Part shown: piece by piece, positions 36,293 to 50,265 of the stretch
Position numbering within the stretch: the first letter of the stretch is position 1
Layout: each line of letters opens with the position of its first letter
NCBI GenBank assembly: GCA_023920165.1
Contig: CP089274.1
Span: forward strand, 4,960,001-5,024,000
Direction of reading: 5' to 3'
DNA: 64,000 bases
Origin: Curvularia clavata
Lineage: Eukaryota
Position numbers and translations under genes: made by a program
Notes under the pieces: model-generated
Told to the model about the DNA's origin: nothing
What the model saw: only the letters and a program-made list of their open reading frames with translations
Databases searched by the model: none

Positions 36293-36976
36293 ATGGACTT
36301 TAGAAGTTTGGAGCGCATGGATGCGACAGATGAGTCTATCCTACGTGAGCCTTATCGACCGTTCTGGAGTATCTTTGGAAGTAAACCCATCTTGATCAAG
36401 CAGTATTTCGTCTCCGTCTTCATCCGGATTGTCGCGGTTCTCTGACTCGCGTCGCAGGAGCAATGACTATGACCGTGCAGCTTTCAGAGAACCGCCGTGG
36501 CTAGGAGGTGTATTGCTGTTTGATAACGTTACATCGGACGCACGCGACCATGCTGCAAACGAGAGGAGTAGGTTTCCCGACTTCTACATCGAAGATTGTT
36601 AACCACGTGATAGCATTTCTCTCGTGGCTCAAACTAAGCGTGTACATGGCTATTGTGTCGGTAGCCATAGTGCTGTCTTTCCATCTCAAATTACAACCAA
36701 CACCACTCGGTAACCAAACAAGTGCTTTCTCGTCGACCACCCCGCTGACTTCCTACAGAGTTACGCTTTGCATTGCCGTTAGGAATCATCTTCTGGCTCT
36801 TGTCCTTGGCATGCATGGTTGCGGGCTTGGCTAATTACATTAACACTGTCTCACGGTATAGTCAGCGGCGGGCTATAGTCCAAACTGGATGGAAGACGCA
36901 GGTTGTTTTCACGGTGGTGTCATGCGCTATCGTTGGCACGTGTGTATTATTTCTGTCTACAAACTCAGAGAAGTAA
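36293..36976 (+). CDS. DUF202 (Vtc1/YidH-like) small membrane protein; start uncertain, 3 probable introns
   Basis: Spliced LLFDNVTSDARDHAANER|TFLSWLKLSVYMAIVSVAI, followed by further TM segments ending FLSTNSEK. Confidence 0.75.
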
Positions 36977-37127
36977 GGGGTTTCAACATCCTCACACGAC
37001 ATGTGAAAGTTAACTTTCAATACAGGCCATAAAGTATCGTTATACGTGGTCATGATTTTGCACAAACCATCCTTGACGGAATGCTGCTGCCTTGCTCATC
37101 CCAACTCACTACACCCCACTGTCTCAT

Positions 37128-38064
37128 TTATTCTGTATCGAGAACGGCCCACGTCTGGTCGTCAACAGTTGTGTATATCAAGCCACCTGACAGCAGATCG
37201 TCACCCGCCTTTGCTACGTCTGAGACGTCCATTTTGAGCGTGCTAGCAATTTCGAACTGATTCACACCTTCATTCGACTGTTTCACTTCTCTCAGGAAGT
37301 GGAAGACCTTCTTCGCAGCCTGGCTGAAACCGGCGAGGTTGTAGTTGCTGTCATAGCTGCCACCAGCTGCCTCTTGCTGTTGCTGTCCTCCTGCTCCGTT
37401 GGCCGTAGCACCGCCCGCCTGGCCAGGAGGACCGCGTGTGAAATAGAGATGAACGGCTGTTGCTTCGAGCATATGGAAAGAAACTTCATTCATGTCCTCA
37501 ATGGGGCGGATGACAGTCGCTCCAACTGACTTCCGGTCGTTGAAGCTCTTCAGCTTGCCCCATGCTCGGCAGTATGCACCTTCCACGAGCTTAGCCTTGG
37601 TAGGGTTGTTCTGATCTGCTGCTTCCGGATCAACCCATTGCTTGACTTCTATGCTTCCAGTGCCGTCGTCGAGACGATATGTGGTGTTTGTAGTCTGGTT
37701 GGATATGTTGCGTATTTGGCCGACGAGTGTGAGCTGGCTGTGGAGTTAGCAGAAGTCTACCAAACGTCCAGCGATCGTCTTACCTGACTGATTACTGTGC
37801 CATCGATTTTGAAGTTGTCATTGCTGCCTGCTTCGCCCTGAGCATCCAGTATCTGCTTGATCGTGACGGGGCGTAGTGAGTCCTGGGCATAGTCTCGCCG
37901 GCCACCCGGGCTTTGTGTGCTGCCACCCTCTCCTGGTATGAAGCCACCGCCGCCAGCACCGCCGCCAGCGCCATAGGACGTGTATGACGTTTCGTAGTTG
38001 TTGTAATCTATACCAGTCAGTTTAGAGAGTTGAATAGTGGCTATAACATAGAACGCCTACTCAT
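37128..38064 (-). CDS. RFA2: Replication protein A 32-kDa subunit; 4-nt first coding exon, 2 introns
   Basis: Gly-rich N-terminus, [11 protein letters not shown] fold ([15 protein letters not shown]), [10 protein letters not shown], and C-terminal winged helix GLIYTTVDD. Confidence 0.93.
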
Positions 38065-38114
38065 CCTGCTGCCCGGGCTCGAATGTCGTGTCGAACAAAT
38101 CTGAAGATGGCAAA

Positions 38115-38128
38115 ACGCGTCGGACGCG
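38115..38128. promoter_or_regulatory. MCB (MluI cell-cycle box) elements upstream of RFA2
   Basis: ACGCGT at 38115-38120 and ACGCG at 38124-38128, about 50 bp upstream of the RFA2 ATG. RPA genes are classic MBF targets in ascomycetes. Confidence 0.65.
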
Positions 38129-38309
38129 CCTGCCCTCATCGCGGGGCACGTGTACGCTAGGTACGCCGGCGGACCCCTACCTATCGCCAAGATTTCGAGG
38201 GTCCGTGCCCGAAATTTTCCCAAGAACAAGCCTTCGCGCGACTTCAAACGTCAAGTCAAGCAAGCGCCCAACACCGTCGCCTCGCAATCCTACATTCGAG
38301 CAGCCGAAC

Positions 38310-41091
38310 ATGGCTCCCCGCGCGAGCTCACCGGCGCTCTCCGAAAACGAATACGACATCTTCGATGCCCTGGCCGGCGGTGATGACGTTCCACAAGAGA
38401 CGGACCTGAACGCAGACCTTGGCTTGGATCTGGAAGTTGGCAATGACGATGGATCCGACGACGAGGCCTTTATCGCAGCAAAGCAGGCCGCCTCCAATCG
38501 CAAAGCCTCAAATGTGGGCAAGTCAGTCAAGAAGGGCGGAGGCTTCCAGGCCATGGGTCTGAATGCGGCCCTACTGAAAGCCATTACGCAGAAGGGTTTC
38601 AAGGTTCCAACTCCGATTCAGCGAAAGGCGGTACCGCTCATGCTTCAGGGCGAAGATGTGGTGGGAATGGCCAGGACCGGTTCTGGAAAGACGGCTGCGT
38701 TTGTTATACCCATGATACAGAAGCTCAAGGCGCATTCTGCAAAAGTGGGCGCACGAGGAATCATCATGTCGCCGTCTCGCGAGCTTGCCCTGCAGACACT
38801 CAAGGTGGTCAAGGAGCTGGGCCGTGGCACTGATCTACGAACCATTTTGCTTGTTGGTGGTGACAGTCTTGAAGAACGTACGTTTAAAAGTCACTGAGGC
38901 ACTGCATTTCACACTGACAATCTCGCAGAATTCAGCGCTATGACTACCAACCCAGATATCATTATTGCAACACCAGGACGTTTCCTGCACTTGAAGGTTG
39001 AGATGGGCCTCGACCTTTCTTCAGTCAAATACATTGTTTTCGACGAAGCCGATCGGTTGTTCGAAATGGGATTTGCCGCGCAACTTTCAGAAATTCTGCA
39101 TGCTCTACCCGCATCGAGGCAGACGCTGTTGTTTAGTGCCACTCTGCCAAAATCACTTGTGGAATTCGCGCGGGCCGGCTTGCAAGAGCCCAAGCTGATT
39201 CGTCTGGACGCGGAAAGCAAGATTTCTCCAGACCTCAAAAGTGCTTACTTCACTATCAAGTCGGGCGACCGAGACGGAGCCCTGCTGTACCTCCTCGAAA
39301 ATGTCATCAAGGTCCCCGTGGGTGAAACCGATGCTGCAAAGAAAGCTCGGGAAGAGAAGGAGAAGCCCACCAGCAGCAAGAAGCGGAAGCGTAGTGAGGG
39401 TTTTGTCAAGGACGTCCCTGTTGATGAATCTACAATCATTTTTGCCGCAACGAAGCACAGAGTTGAATATCTGGCCAACCTTCTTCGCAATCTCGGATAT
39501 GCCATTTCATACGGTAAGCGACGCGGTTACAATCTATATTGGTCTATGCTAACTTTCTAAAGTGTACGGTAATCTTGATCAGACTGCTCGGAAAGAGCAA
39601 ATCCAAGACTTCCGTACTGGCTTGAGCCGCATTCTCATTGTCACAGACGTCGCTGCGCGTGGTGTTGATATGCCTCACATCAACCATGTCATAAACTATG
39701 ACTTTCCGTCACAGCCCAAGATTTTTGTCCACCGAGTTGGACGAACGGCTCGTGCGGGTAGAAAGGGTTGGGCGTACAGCTTGTGCAGACATGTCGATCT
39801 TCCCTACCTCATTGACCTACAGCTCTTCCTCGGCAAACGTCTGCTCTTAGGGCGGACAGGCGATGAGCCGAACTATGCTGATGATTTTGTTGTTGGGAGT
39901 TTGTCACCATGGCAAGTGGAGAGCTGCGTCGAGCAAGTCAACCGACAACTTAGCGAAGACGAAGATCTGGCCCTTTTGCTAAGTGTAGCCGAAAAGGGTG
40001 AACGGCAATATCAACGCACCCGCAATCAAGCAAGTGCACAAAGTGTGGTACGAGCCAAAGAACTAGCAGCGTCTCCCAACTTCGCCGAAACACATATGTT
40101 GTTTAGCAATGATGCCTTCACTGCCCAGAGAGAGAAAGAAGACATGCTCGCCAGGATTCAGTCATTCAGGCCAGCAGAAACTGTGTTTGAAATTGGCAAA
40201 CGCGGAATCCACAGTGAGACAGCTGAGATTATGCGGAAGAGACGAGAACAGGTTGAGCGCCAAAAGGCCAAACAAGCGGCCAACAAAATGGCCGAGGATG
40301 ATCTTGACACGGTTCAGGCAGGTTCAGGAGAAGCCAATGAAGATGACATCTCCTCGGAGGATGAAGCAGAAGTTGCCGACGGAGTTTATGATTCCGACTC
40401 TGATGAGCTCGAGGTGTCTGTGTCACAACCAACATCGAAAAAGTCCAAGAAAGACAGTTGGAGAAACGACGATTTCTTCATGTCATACACTCCCAAGGAG
40501 AATCTGGCAGAAGAGAAGGCATACGGCGTCAGCAGTGGAGATGCTGGCAACACTAACTTTGTCTCAGCAGCACGGGCGGCAGAAATGTCACTTGTCAACG
40601 ACGAAATCCAGGGTTTCGCAGATGCGGTCAAGTCCAAGATGCGGTGGGACAAAAAATCGAAGAAATATGTCAATCGCACCAATGACGACGACGGCTCTAA
40701 GGGAGCTAAGATGATCCGCGGAGAGAGCGGACAAAAGATTGCGGCGAGTTTCCGCAGTGGTCGTTTCGACGACTGGCGCAAGGCCAACAAGGTCAAGATG
40801 CCGAGAGTGGGCGAGATGGAAGCCCCCAACCGCTCTGCAGCATCCTTCAACAACGCGCCTCGCTACAAGCACAAATCGGAAAAGGCGCCGAAACAGGCTG
40901 ATCGGTATCGTGACGACTATCATGTCCAGAAGAAGCGTGTGGCTGAGGCAAAGGAGAAGCGCATTGGTGCCTTCAAGGATGGTAATGGCAAGAATGAGCT
41001 TCGAGATGTGGATGCAGTGCGCAAGAACCGCAAGATCCAAGAAAATCGCCGAGCCAAGAACGCTCGCCCCTCGAAAAAGCGGAAACATTGA
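38310..41091 (+). CDS. DBP10: DEAD-box RNA helicase for 60S biogenesis; 2 introns
   Basis: [41 protein letters not shown] and [10 protein letters not shown]; Dbp10 C-terminal motif [11 protein letters not shown]...[21 protein letters not shown]. Confidence 0.96.
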
Positions 41092-44000
41092 GTCGGTTGT
41101 TGAATCAATACACGGGCCCTATGCTCAGCAGCATGAATCGACAATGAAGTTTGTGTGTGGCATGGTGTGTTTGACATGGCACGTGTTGCCGACATGTCTG
41201 TGTAACTTTGTCGAGTGTGGTCGCGGGCCGAGGTGCAAACCGTCCGACATGATTAGTCGGCACCTGTGGCGACGCAAAAAACAAAGTAGCCGCCCTGCAC
41301 AATCGGTCAGCGTCTCTAATTGTGCGAAGAAGGGCCGTTATGATGTGCATGGTCAGGTCATTTTTCTTTTTTTGCAAAGCCGGGCGTTGCTTTTTGCTGT
41401 GCCACATGGGCGCGGATTGGCGAAAGTTAATCGGGTACTGGAACAGAGCCTGGGGCGAGCATCATGTCCCTCCTCGGCCAGCGTGCATATTGACTCAATA
41501 GTGGCTTTTTCATTTTGCGCACATCGCAGTGGTCGACGAGAAATGAAGGTTTCAAAAACAATGGTGGCCCTGAGTCCCCTGCTGCTACTTTTGTGTCTCG
41601 GCGCCCGAATTGTAGTAACTTTATGAGATGCTGTAGCGTCTGTGTACACCTACATACAATACATAGTTACATACTGCTAACCTGGACCAACACAAGCGTC
41701 GGGTAAGCCATGGCTCTGACGTGGGACCGCGTCTAAGGTGCGCCGGATCGGGTGAAAGCGCACATAGTACATACAGTGTACATACTCACCTCATTAAGGT
41801 CCGAAGCAAGGATAAGGACAGGGGCGAGCATCGGATACAGCTGCTGCAGGCACGTCATTCCATATCCCATCGAGGAGATTTCTTTGAGCCGAGATATTCC
41901 TTTCTCCACCCAACCTAATGCCAGCTTGCACACCACCATTCCCTATTTTGCGCCAACGCCGCCAGGCCTCAATAGCCAGCGAATCCTCCTACTCCTTGCA
42001 CGCGTGCAGCTGCGGCTCACCCGACGTCCTTCCAGAAGCCGCCACAGTTGTTTTTCTTTGCCCTTGTTGGCCGCAAGCGAGTATGTACCATGCTACACTA
42101 CGGCCGGCTGACTGCTGAGGGTGGCCTGAGTGAAAGAGAGACGCGTATCCGGCCCTACACGTCTAGCAAGGGTTGCAACTCGGGGTCATCCCCAAACATA
42201 CGAAACATCATTTTCCAACGGCTTTTTGATATTCAATATGCCCTATGCTATCAGCCGACCGATTGCACTGTAAAGCGCTCAACGGATTCAAATGAAAATC
42301 ATCGGCCTGGATCAGACATCGGTGCGCGCGCAAGCAATTCAACGGCTGCGGCGTGGTGCTGTCGGGGCGGCGCAGTCTAGACTGTGGCTCTAGTCGGGTG
42401 GATGCAAGCGTCGTCACATTCCACATCTCGGTAAACGGCTGCTGCTTAGGTGTTGATATACTAGCATATTACCGGGCGGAAATTTCTCGCTCCGTAGCGG
42501 GCCTGACAAGTCGACTCGGAGGGGGGCCAGCAGCGGATGCCTGCAGGGTTTGCCTGTCATAGTACGCATGGTGAGGTGTGCTGCAGGGCGCCTTGGGGGT
42601 CGAGGGGAAGGGGAAGGGGAAGGGGGCAGTCCATGAGCCTCAATGTGTCGTGCGCGCACCCCCATACATACGTCTCCATCAAGGCTCCAGGCGTTTACAT
42701 ACTTCGAGAACAGAGCTCGCAAACATGTCGAGGCGGCAAGGTCAGCATTGGACCTTCTCGGCCCGCACCCAGTCGCAAATCGAGAATGGGTCCCTAGCAC
42801 AAGGAGCAAGGGAGAGCGAGCCTGCAAGGACCCCCAGGAGTAACGGACAGGATGGCGAGGGCCCCTGGTAGAGACTACTTTGGCACAACGTGTCCTGAGC
42901 ACCGGTTCGTAGATCCCGCCCGCAAGTGTGTCGTAATAATCGGGTCGTGGCCATGCGGCTGACTCGAGCCACTCGCCGCGTGGAACCAGTACGAACACGA
43001 GATCTATGATACGATGACAGGACCGATAGATCACCGTATTTTGCTTGACAGCCGGATTTGTCGCAGCTGCCGGTACATGTCGACAAGTAGCTATATTTTC
43101 CCAACAGCAGCTACAGCACGAATGCGGCGGTAGGGCCCGCCATTGCAGGACAGCAGTCCCAAAACCTTGGACAGGCCGTTGTGCAGATGCCGTAGCTCCG
43201 GCGAATGGTACTCAGGAAGAAAGCAATCTATATAGGCGATTAGGGACCTGCTCCTAACGACACCATATCCGCTATCTAAAATTATTTTTGGATCACACAG
43301 TCATCATCCTCGAACCAGGCTAAATGGCTGACCAGGCATTCAGGGCCACAGCTTTGGTGTCCTCGGCTGAGTGTATATTTTCCGCAGTGGGGGGGCACCA
43401 ATCACGCACAAACCCGCCGGGCATTGCCAGGTTTTTTCCTGTCCCCCAAATCGAGCGTGTGAGCTCTCTCGGCCGTAAAAAAAAGTCAAAATAATGGTGC
43501 GATCCCCCCCTGCGAGCGAGGGAAGAAACGCTCCTGCAGAACTGAGTCATACTCCCTGCGTTTTGGATCTCGGCTCATGCCGCAAAAGAGCAGGGCGAAG
43601 ATGTGCAGAGGGATGTCTCCAGGAGACGGCGAGGACGCTGGAGCTTGTGGCTCGCTTGACCCAACACTTGTGCCCTCATCCCCTACCGCTGCAGGTCGTG
43701 TTGGGGGACGAGCCAGGGCAATCCCATATTTGTCATGGTGATGGGTGACACTGGATGCTGCATATGGCTCTCGCTCTCTCGCTCTCTCGTGGATAAGCTC
43801 TTCCAGAGCTAGTGCACTTGGTATACAATCCTAGACACGGCACTGATCTTCACGGCTCTCGGCTCAGCTAACCGCAGCTCCGTGTGTCGAGCTCGAGTAC
43901 CACGGGTCAGTAAGGCTATCCACTTGTGGGCTGCGGCGCGGACTGTTTGCCCTGCCGCAGTCGCCGTTCTACCTTCTGAATACGTAGATTTGGTCGGCAA

Positions 44001-46627
44001 GCGAGATGGCCGCTAGTGCCGATGTTGCCACTCGAAGCTCCCATTGCCTTTATCTGGACTGTCTGGCGTTTGACAGCATCCAAGCGAGGCAACTTTTTGG
44101 TCCCAAGGGCGAAGGCTGTCACATGCCTCGGACGACCTTCACCTGTACCGTCTAGGGTGTCGGCCCCGCATCGTCAATGCTGCTGAGCACACGCCAATAA
44201 GACCAGCCATGCTGCCAGTGATGCCCTCTGTCGTGGCTCGGGCAGTTTGTAGGCAGATCGTCGACGGGGCGCCAGCTTTCGATCGATTCACCCACCGGAG
44301 TTTTTTGTGTGCCCAGTGCCATGCTAATGCAACAGGATGCCTATGATCGAACATATGATATGCTTGTACCGCAATTTGACCATGGCACCATGTCTGCGCT
44401 TCGCGGACAGCACTGGACGCCACCTCTAGCGTAGGATCCTGGGGCGGTTGGGACTGAAGACTGTCCAGTGTTAGATTTCTGGCAGGGTCACATACGAGGA
44501 TCGTCTAGAGGGCAAATGAGTCCGTTGTTTGACTTCTTATGCACCCACTGCTGGGCAACCGCACAAAGGAAGTCTGTGTGTAAGCGCCTCTCTGGATGGA
44601 TGCTCAGCTGTAAGGAAGCTTCACTAGCAGTGACTACGGGAGAATGTGTCCTCGGATGCAGCTTACCGTCGCTCGCGCATTCTATCCCCCGAGCACACTG
44701 CATCTGCCAGATCCATCACCCGCACCATATAAGCTTACAGGGCCGGCGCCATGCAGCTAGGTAGACATGGTGTGTCGCATGACAAAGCTACACGCCCCAC
44801 AGATGCGACGAATGTTCAGACTTGCGGCAGGGAGCACGTCTCTATGGGCTGAGAAGCTAATGACGGATTGCTTTTGCGGGCAAGTCGGACCTGACGCGAT
44901 GCAACGACGGGAATTTCCACTCTCCCACATACATAATACACACACGCATACACACAAAGGGCGCCGCCCTGCCCAGACATATCCGCACGGAGGCGTCGAT
45001 CCCAGCAATGACCGCGTTTCCAGCGTGTATGGGCAAAGATAGAGTTGGCGCCAGGCATGTGCGTCATCAGAACATCGTGCTGAGGGCTGTCGCGACATCA
45101 CCACTAGGGACCCTGAGCAAGCTTTCCCCGGCAATCAATGCACAAGCAGCCGCTGCGAGGCGAGGACTTCCGCTGCGACCGTCGGTCGGTGCGAAGAGAC
45201 GAGCGAGGCGATCGGTGCGGTGGTTGGTCTGAAGGGGTCCTGACGCGCGACTGACAGTGACAAGCGTCGCGGTGGCAGTAGTGCACCAGAGCCGCGGGCC
45301 TGTCACTCAGAGCCACAATCGTATGGCTTCTCTCTCTCGCCATGCTAACCTCAAAGCTCCTGAACCCCCGTGATCGGTTGGTCCAAATGACTTGCATTCT
45401 TTGCCGTTCCTGAGACCCATCTGGGCTGCACGTTTTGGAACCTCCGTGTTTGCCTAAAAGAGCAACAAAGGCAATTACTGGGTCGCACATAAGCGCACGC
45501 CGCGCACCAGGGGGTGAGTCCCCCGACCTGTGCCATGCTGCAATTGAAAGTTTGCCTGGGCGGCCGCAAAACAATGGTGCAATAGCCTGTAGAGAAGCGC
45601 GAGCCATATCCCGTTAGCACACCCCGGTTCCAAGACGGTGCGGAAAGCAGGGGGCTGTCGAGCGGCCTCTGACAAGGCTCCCCAACCCGCTCTGCCCATG
45701 CACGCACTACCAACTAATGGACGTGCATAGGTGCTTCCGTGGGTGCATCGACCGTCTGGGAAACCCAGCCTAGCAAAAATGTCGAAGAACTATCAGCCGA
45801 ACGAGGGAAGCATGTCGTCGTCCCCGAGACGCATCGTCCCCTGCTCCCGTTGCCCGGAACTCGACGCGGCCCCCGTCTCTTGGGAGGCCCCTCATGCACG
45901 ACTTGACAGGGATTGAGCAAAGATCTGTGAGCGAGAATTCCCCATAACTGATTGTGGTTATTACTGGGGATTTTCCGCCGAGGGGGCAGACGTCTGTCCT
46001 GCCTGTTTTACGATTCGCCATCCCGAAGGGCCCATTGGCTCCACTGTGTCAGTCCATACTATCGCCCCCCCTCTCCTCCTCTTCATCCCATCACCCTGCA
46101 GCTCCAGTCGAGACAACCCATCACTGGCCCGCCGTCTTCTGCTTTGTTACGAAAGTCTAGTCGAGATACTCTGCCACTATTCGGACCTATTCGACCCTGA
46201 TATCAAAAAGAGTAATTGTAAGAACCTGTTCCTCTTTCGCAACTCTAAGCCTTGCTCTCTTTTCCCGTCTGGCTTACGGCATGCCGTCATTTCGGCATTG
46301 AGGGCCGCACAGGGTGTACCTAGTCGTACACTCGCCAGCTGTTTCTCCTTGGGAAACGACGCTATTCTTCGTCATGGCCTTGACTTCCTCTTTCCGTTTG
46401 TGCGTTGACTGATCTCTAGCTCCTACACAGGCTGGCTTCAATTGCTTCAATAACGTTCTCTTGCTCTACTGCGTTTCTATTCGCAAAACTGACGCGCGGT
46501 CTGCAAGTCTGCGCGTTCTTCTAGCTCAGCCGTATCTCCACACACACTCTCTCTCTCTGACACTCACACCAACACAACTTTGTGCTCCCGCTGCTGACGC
46601 AGCGTTTGAGCGCATAGTGGCCAAACT

Positions 46628-48692
46628 ATGCAGAACCTGGTTCTACCCGGTCCGACCTCATTGCTTTCTACGCCATTTGGGCGGCCTGCGGAAGCTGAAG
46701 ACGGCTTGGTCAAATTCCGGACAAAGTTCAGTCCTCATAGGTCTGCGCATCAGGATTACCCTTCCCCGCCCATGTCAGAACCTCAATCCCCAGCTCGTCG
46801 ACCAGCACAGCCTGTTGAATCCGCGCGCCTGTCTTACTCCCAACCTGTAGGCTCATCCCAGCGACAGGATAGCCTTGTCCAGCCTCCTGCGCCACCATCC
46901 ATTTACGACCCACGTCCATCAATGTCAGCTCAAGTTCTTCCTCTACAGCGGCCGCTGTACCCTGGGGAATCACAACCCAGGGGACAAGCACTCACTTACC
47001 AACCTGCTCGGCCGCTCCAACACCAACCTTATGGACAATCTATCACCCAAAGCTATGGCTATGGCTACCCAAATACTAATTTGCCACCTTATGCTGGAGT
47101 TCAGCATCAAGGGCCCATGGTTCAACAAGCTGCAATGATCCCTCCCCCTCCAGCTAGGCCAGCCAAGCCAGCTAGAAGGACCAAGGCACATGTTGCTTCA
47201 GCATGTGTCAACTGCAAGAAGGCACATCTCAGTTGTGACGTCCAGCGTCCTTGCGGCCGTTGCGTTGCTTCGGGGAAACAGGTCAGTAGTCCTTTAGCCT
47301 CACAGACACACCAACCCTACAGATATGTTCTGGGAGTGCTAACACATGAGACAGGAGACATGCAAAGATGTGCAACACAAGAAAAGAGGAAGGCCACGAC
47401 TGAGGGATGACAGAGAGTTCAGCAGAATGGAGGAAAGCAGACCGCCCGGCCAATTGCTGGGCAACCCGACTGCTTCAGAAGCTCCGGTCCATCACTCAGG
47501 ATACCCCGGGTCTTTTCCGTCTCGAGGGCCTGATACTCAGCGTATCTTCGGAGGTGCTGCTCACCAGCGCGACGTTGCAAACGCCAGTCTTCCACTGCCA
47601 GTATCTACAAGCAGAGATGCACCCAGTGGAACACTCCCTCTGTCCTACAGCACAGGGCCAAACCCTTCGTACCATAGGCTTCCAGTTGCATACCTGAGTT
47701 TGGACCTAATGATACAAAAAACAAATCAGGCCTTCGCGGATTTGGTATCCTTTTTGGGAGACGTCAGGGGTAAACACCTTGGCGACCTGTTGGAAGCCAG
47801 ACAGAGCGACAGTCTTCAGCGCTTGCGCAACGAGCTGCGTGATGAGCGCGACGAGCGTGAACCAGCCTACATGGCACCCATCACACCTGTGGGGCAGGAT
47901 CCTATGCGCTCAGTGATGGATGCTGTGTCGGATCAAGATATCGACCATGTCACTCACGGCTTCACCAACAGGTCTATGTATCTCAGCTTCCGCACAGCTG
48001 GTGCAGAGCCATATCAGTCGCTGCAAGTTCAGATCCGACTTGCGAAGACTTCCCTATACTTTGTCACGCTGGTCGTGATATCACAACCCAGGCATACAGC
48101 CCCAAGTCTTCTCACTCAGCAACTCGCTCCTCCGACACCAAGCAACGCATCGCAGATAATACATCCACCAACGAACGCACCAATATCACATCTTACGCCG
48201 CATCAGTCCCGCCGACCATCTTCTAACAGTTCTGTGCCAAACTCACCCTATTCTAACTTGCCAGTCGCCCGAACTTCCCTACCAATGATCAGTCCTGGCT
48301 CCTATAGCAGCAGCCCATCCTACAACTATTCTCCAACCGCAGGTGCAGACGCCGGATACTTCCCAACCTACCAGCCGCCTGCACAACCCACCGCAAGCGC
48401 ATATCCCTCACCCTACACCTCAAACGCTCGACCGCCGACATCATCCTCAGAGCCCCTACGCGAACTGAATCGACCTGCACGTCTCGAGGGACTCCATCTT
48501 CCACCGATTCGAACGGGCCCTCCACCCCTCGGCTCGCCTTTACACATTGAAACAGCCAGTCTCGGTGCCGCCCAAGAGCGTTTGCGACCTCGAGATTCAC
48601 CATCTAGTGGCACCGAGCAGCAGCAGCCACGCCCCGAGTCTCCTGAGACTGTGAAGCGGAGGCGACTGAATATCCATGAGATGTTAGAGTAA
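46628..48692 (+). CDS. Zn(II)2Cys6 transcription factor (AcuM/Rds2/Ert1-like cluster spacing) with a possible PAS-like middle domain; 1 intron within the cluster
   Basis: KAHVASACVNCKKAHLSCDVQRPCGRCVASGKQ|ETCKDVQHKKRGRPRLR, with a GTCAGT...CTAAC...CAG intron starting at 47282. Confidence 0.9.
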
Positions 48693-50265
48693 ACAAGCGG
48701 TGGGAAGAATGCTAGTTCTTCGTGACCACTTGGACAACAGCGAGTGGCTAACTGAGAGGAAGTAGGGTTCATCCGCTGGGCAGGAGAATCCTCTACATGA
48801 GTTCTATTTCAGAACAAAGAAAAAAGTCGGAACGGAGTAGAGTGCATGCTATTGCATATTTCTTACTCCCATTATGAGCGATGGAGACGGAATGATGAAA
48901 GTTTTCGATTAGTGTCAATTTCCCTTTCAGTCTATCTCACTGTCATGTCTGTTTTTATTTCAGTCTAAGTCATGGTCATTTTCCGGGGTCAATGATGAAT
49001 GTACCTTTTTATAGGGATGTCTTCGCATTGTTTTCTATATCTCTTTATGCCAATCTTCTGTTTCCTATTTTCCATCTCAACATGAGAAGAAGGCATCATC
49101 GTTCGCTCGTTCTGTCCACATGCCGACATGTTACGGCTATGCATAAAGATATCACTATCCTGTATTTCCATCGTCGTTTTCCCTTCGTCTTTCTTTTTGC
49201 ATCCTCATGTCTTATCTCATACCCGCCCGTCTACCTGTGTGTCTATCTAGCACTTCTCAAGTCCCCTATCTCATGTCGCGCGGGTAGCGTACCCGTCGAA
49301 AAGAAACAACGTCACGAAACAATACTTCTGTTCCCAATTGTTATCTTGAGACAAAGCGAGGTGCGAGGCTCAGGTCGCTGGTATGCGTGGGAGAGAAAAC
49401 AAAAATGGTATTCAACATGTCTGTCTACGGACTTTGGCGTCAGAGCGTTCTGTGTCAAGAAGGGGAGAGGAGGTGTGTAGGGAAATTTGCGCAGGGGAGG
49501 AGGGCTGCTAGGCCCCGACACGTGAAGAGTAACAAGGAGCGTATACCCCATTTTGTTTTTATGTTTTGCAGTTATCTTTTCTATTTGGGGCGTTTGATCC
49601 GCGTATGAAACGTAGAGCTAGCTACAGTAATCGGGATATATGTGCTGAGGATTTGAAAACCTGTCTTGGCTAAAGTCTGCTTTGATGCCTGGAGTGAGGG
49701 GTTACTATTCTCCTTATATTCGCTTGTTATGTGGTGACAGTAGCTATTGTCCATTTTCCGTGGTCAGATGTCTATCTGGCTTCAATGGACAGAAAGCCCG
49801 CGTGACTTGTAATTCGATTCTTCGAATAGCTGTGGCTATAGAATTGCTCTCAATCTGAATGAGATGAGGCAGACACGATGACGCTATATGTGTCGGCCTA
49901 CCGGACATAATAGAGAAAAAGAACGTGTCGATAGAGAATGGATTGATGGTAACGATAAGTTTGTATATACAATCGCACCATTGCAATCTGAATTATCCCT
50001 GTTACGGATGGCTGGCACTACTGCCTTGAAGGGCGCAGGATGTTGAGTAAAAAACTATATTGGGTATCGAGAAAATCGAAGACTGTTGGATGGGTTTTGG
50101 CTGTACCGGATTTCGGGAGCGAACCACAGTGTTATCTTGTGTGGTGGTAGACAAGATAGCTGGTCGTTGGGCATGTTAAGGTACGCTCCTTTTTGGGCGC
50201 TGACTTATACAGCAATGGTAACTCATCGCATAGATTTGTAAGGTCACAACAATAGGCACACAAGC

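Noticed and set aside
40739..41626. 295-aa ORF overlapping the DBP10 3' end
   Set aside because: Alternate-frame ORF with a non-ATG start and no recognisable domain.
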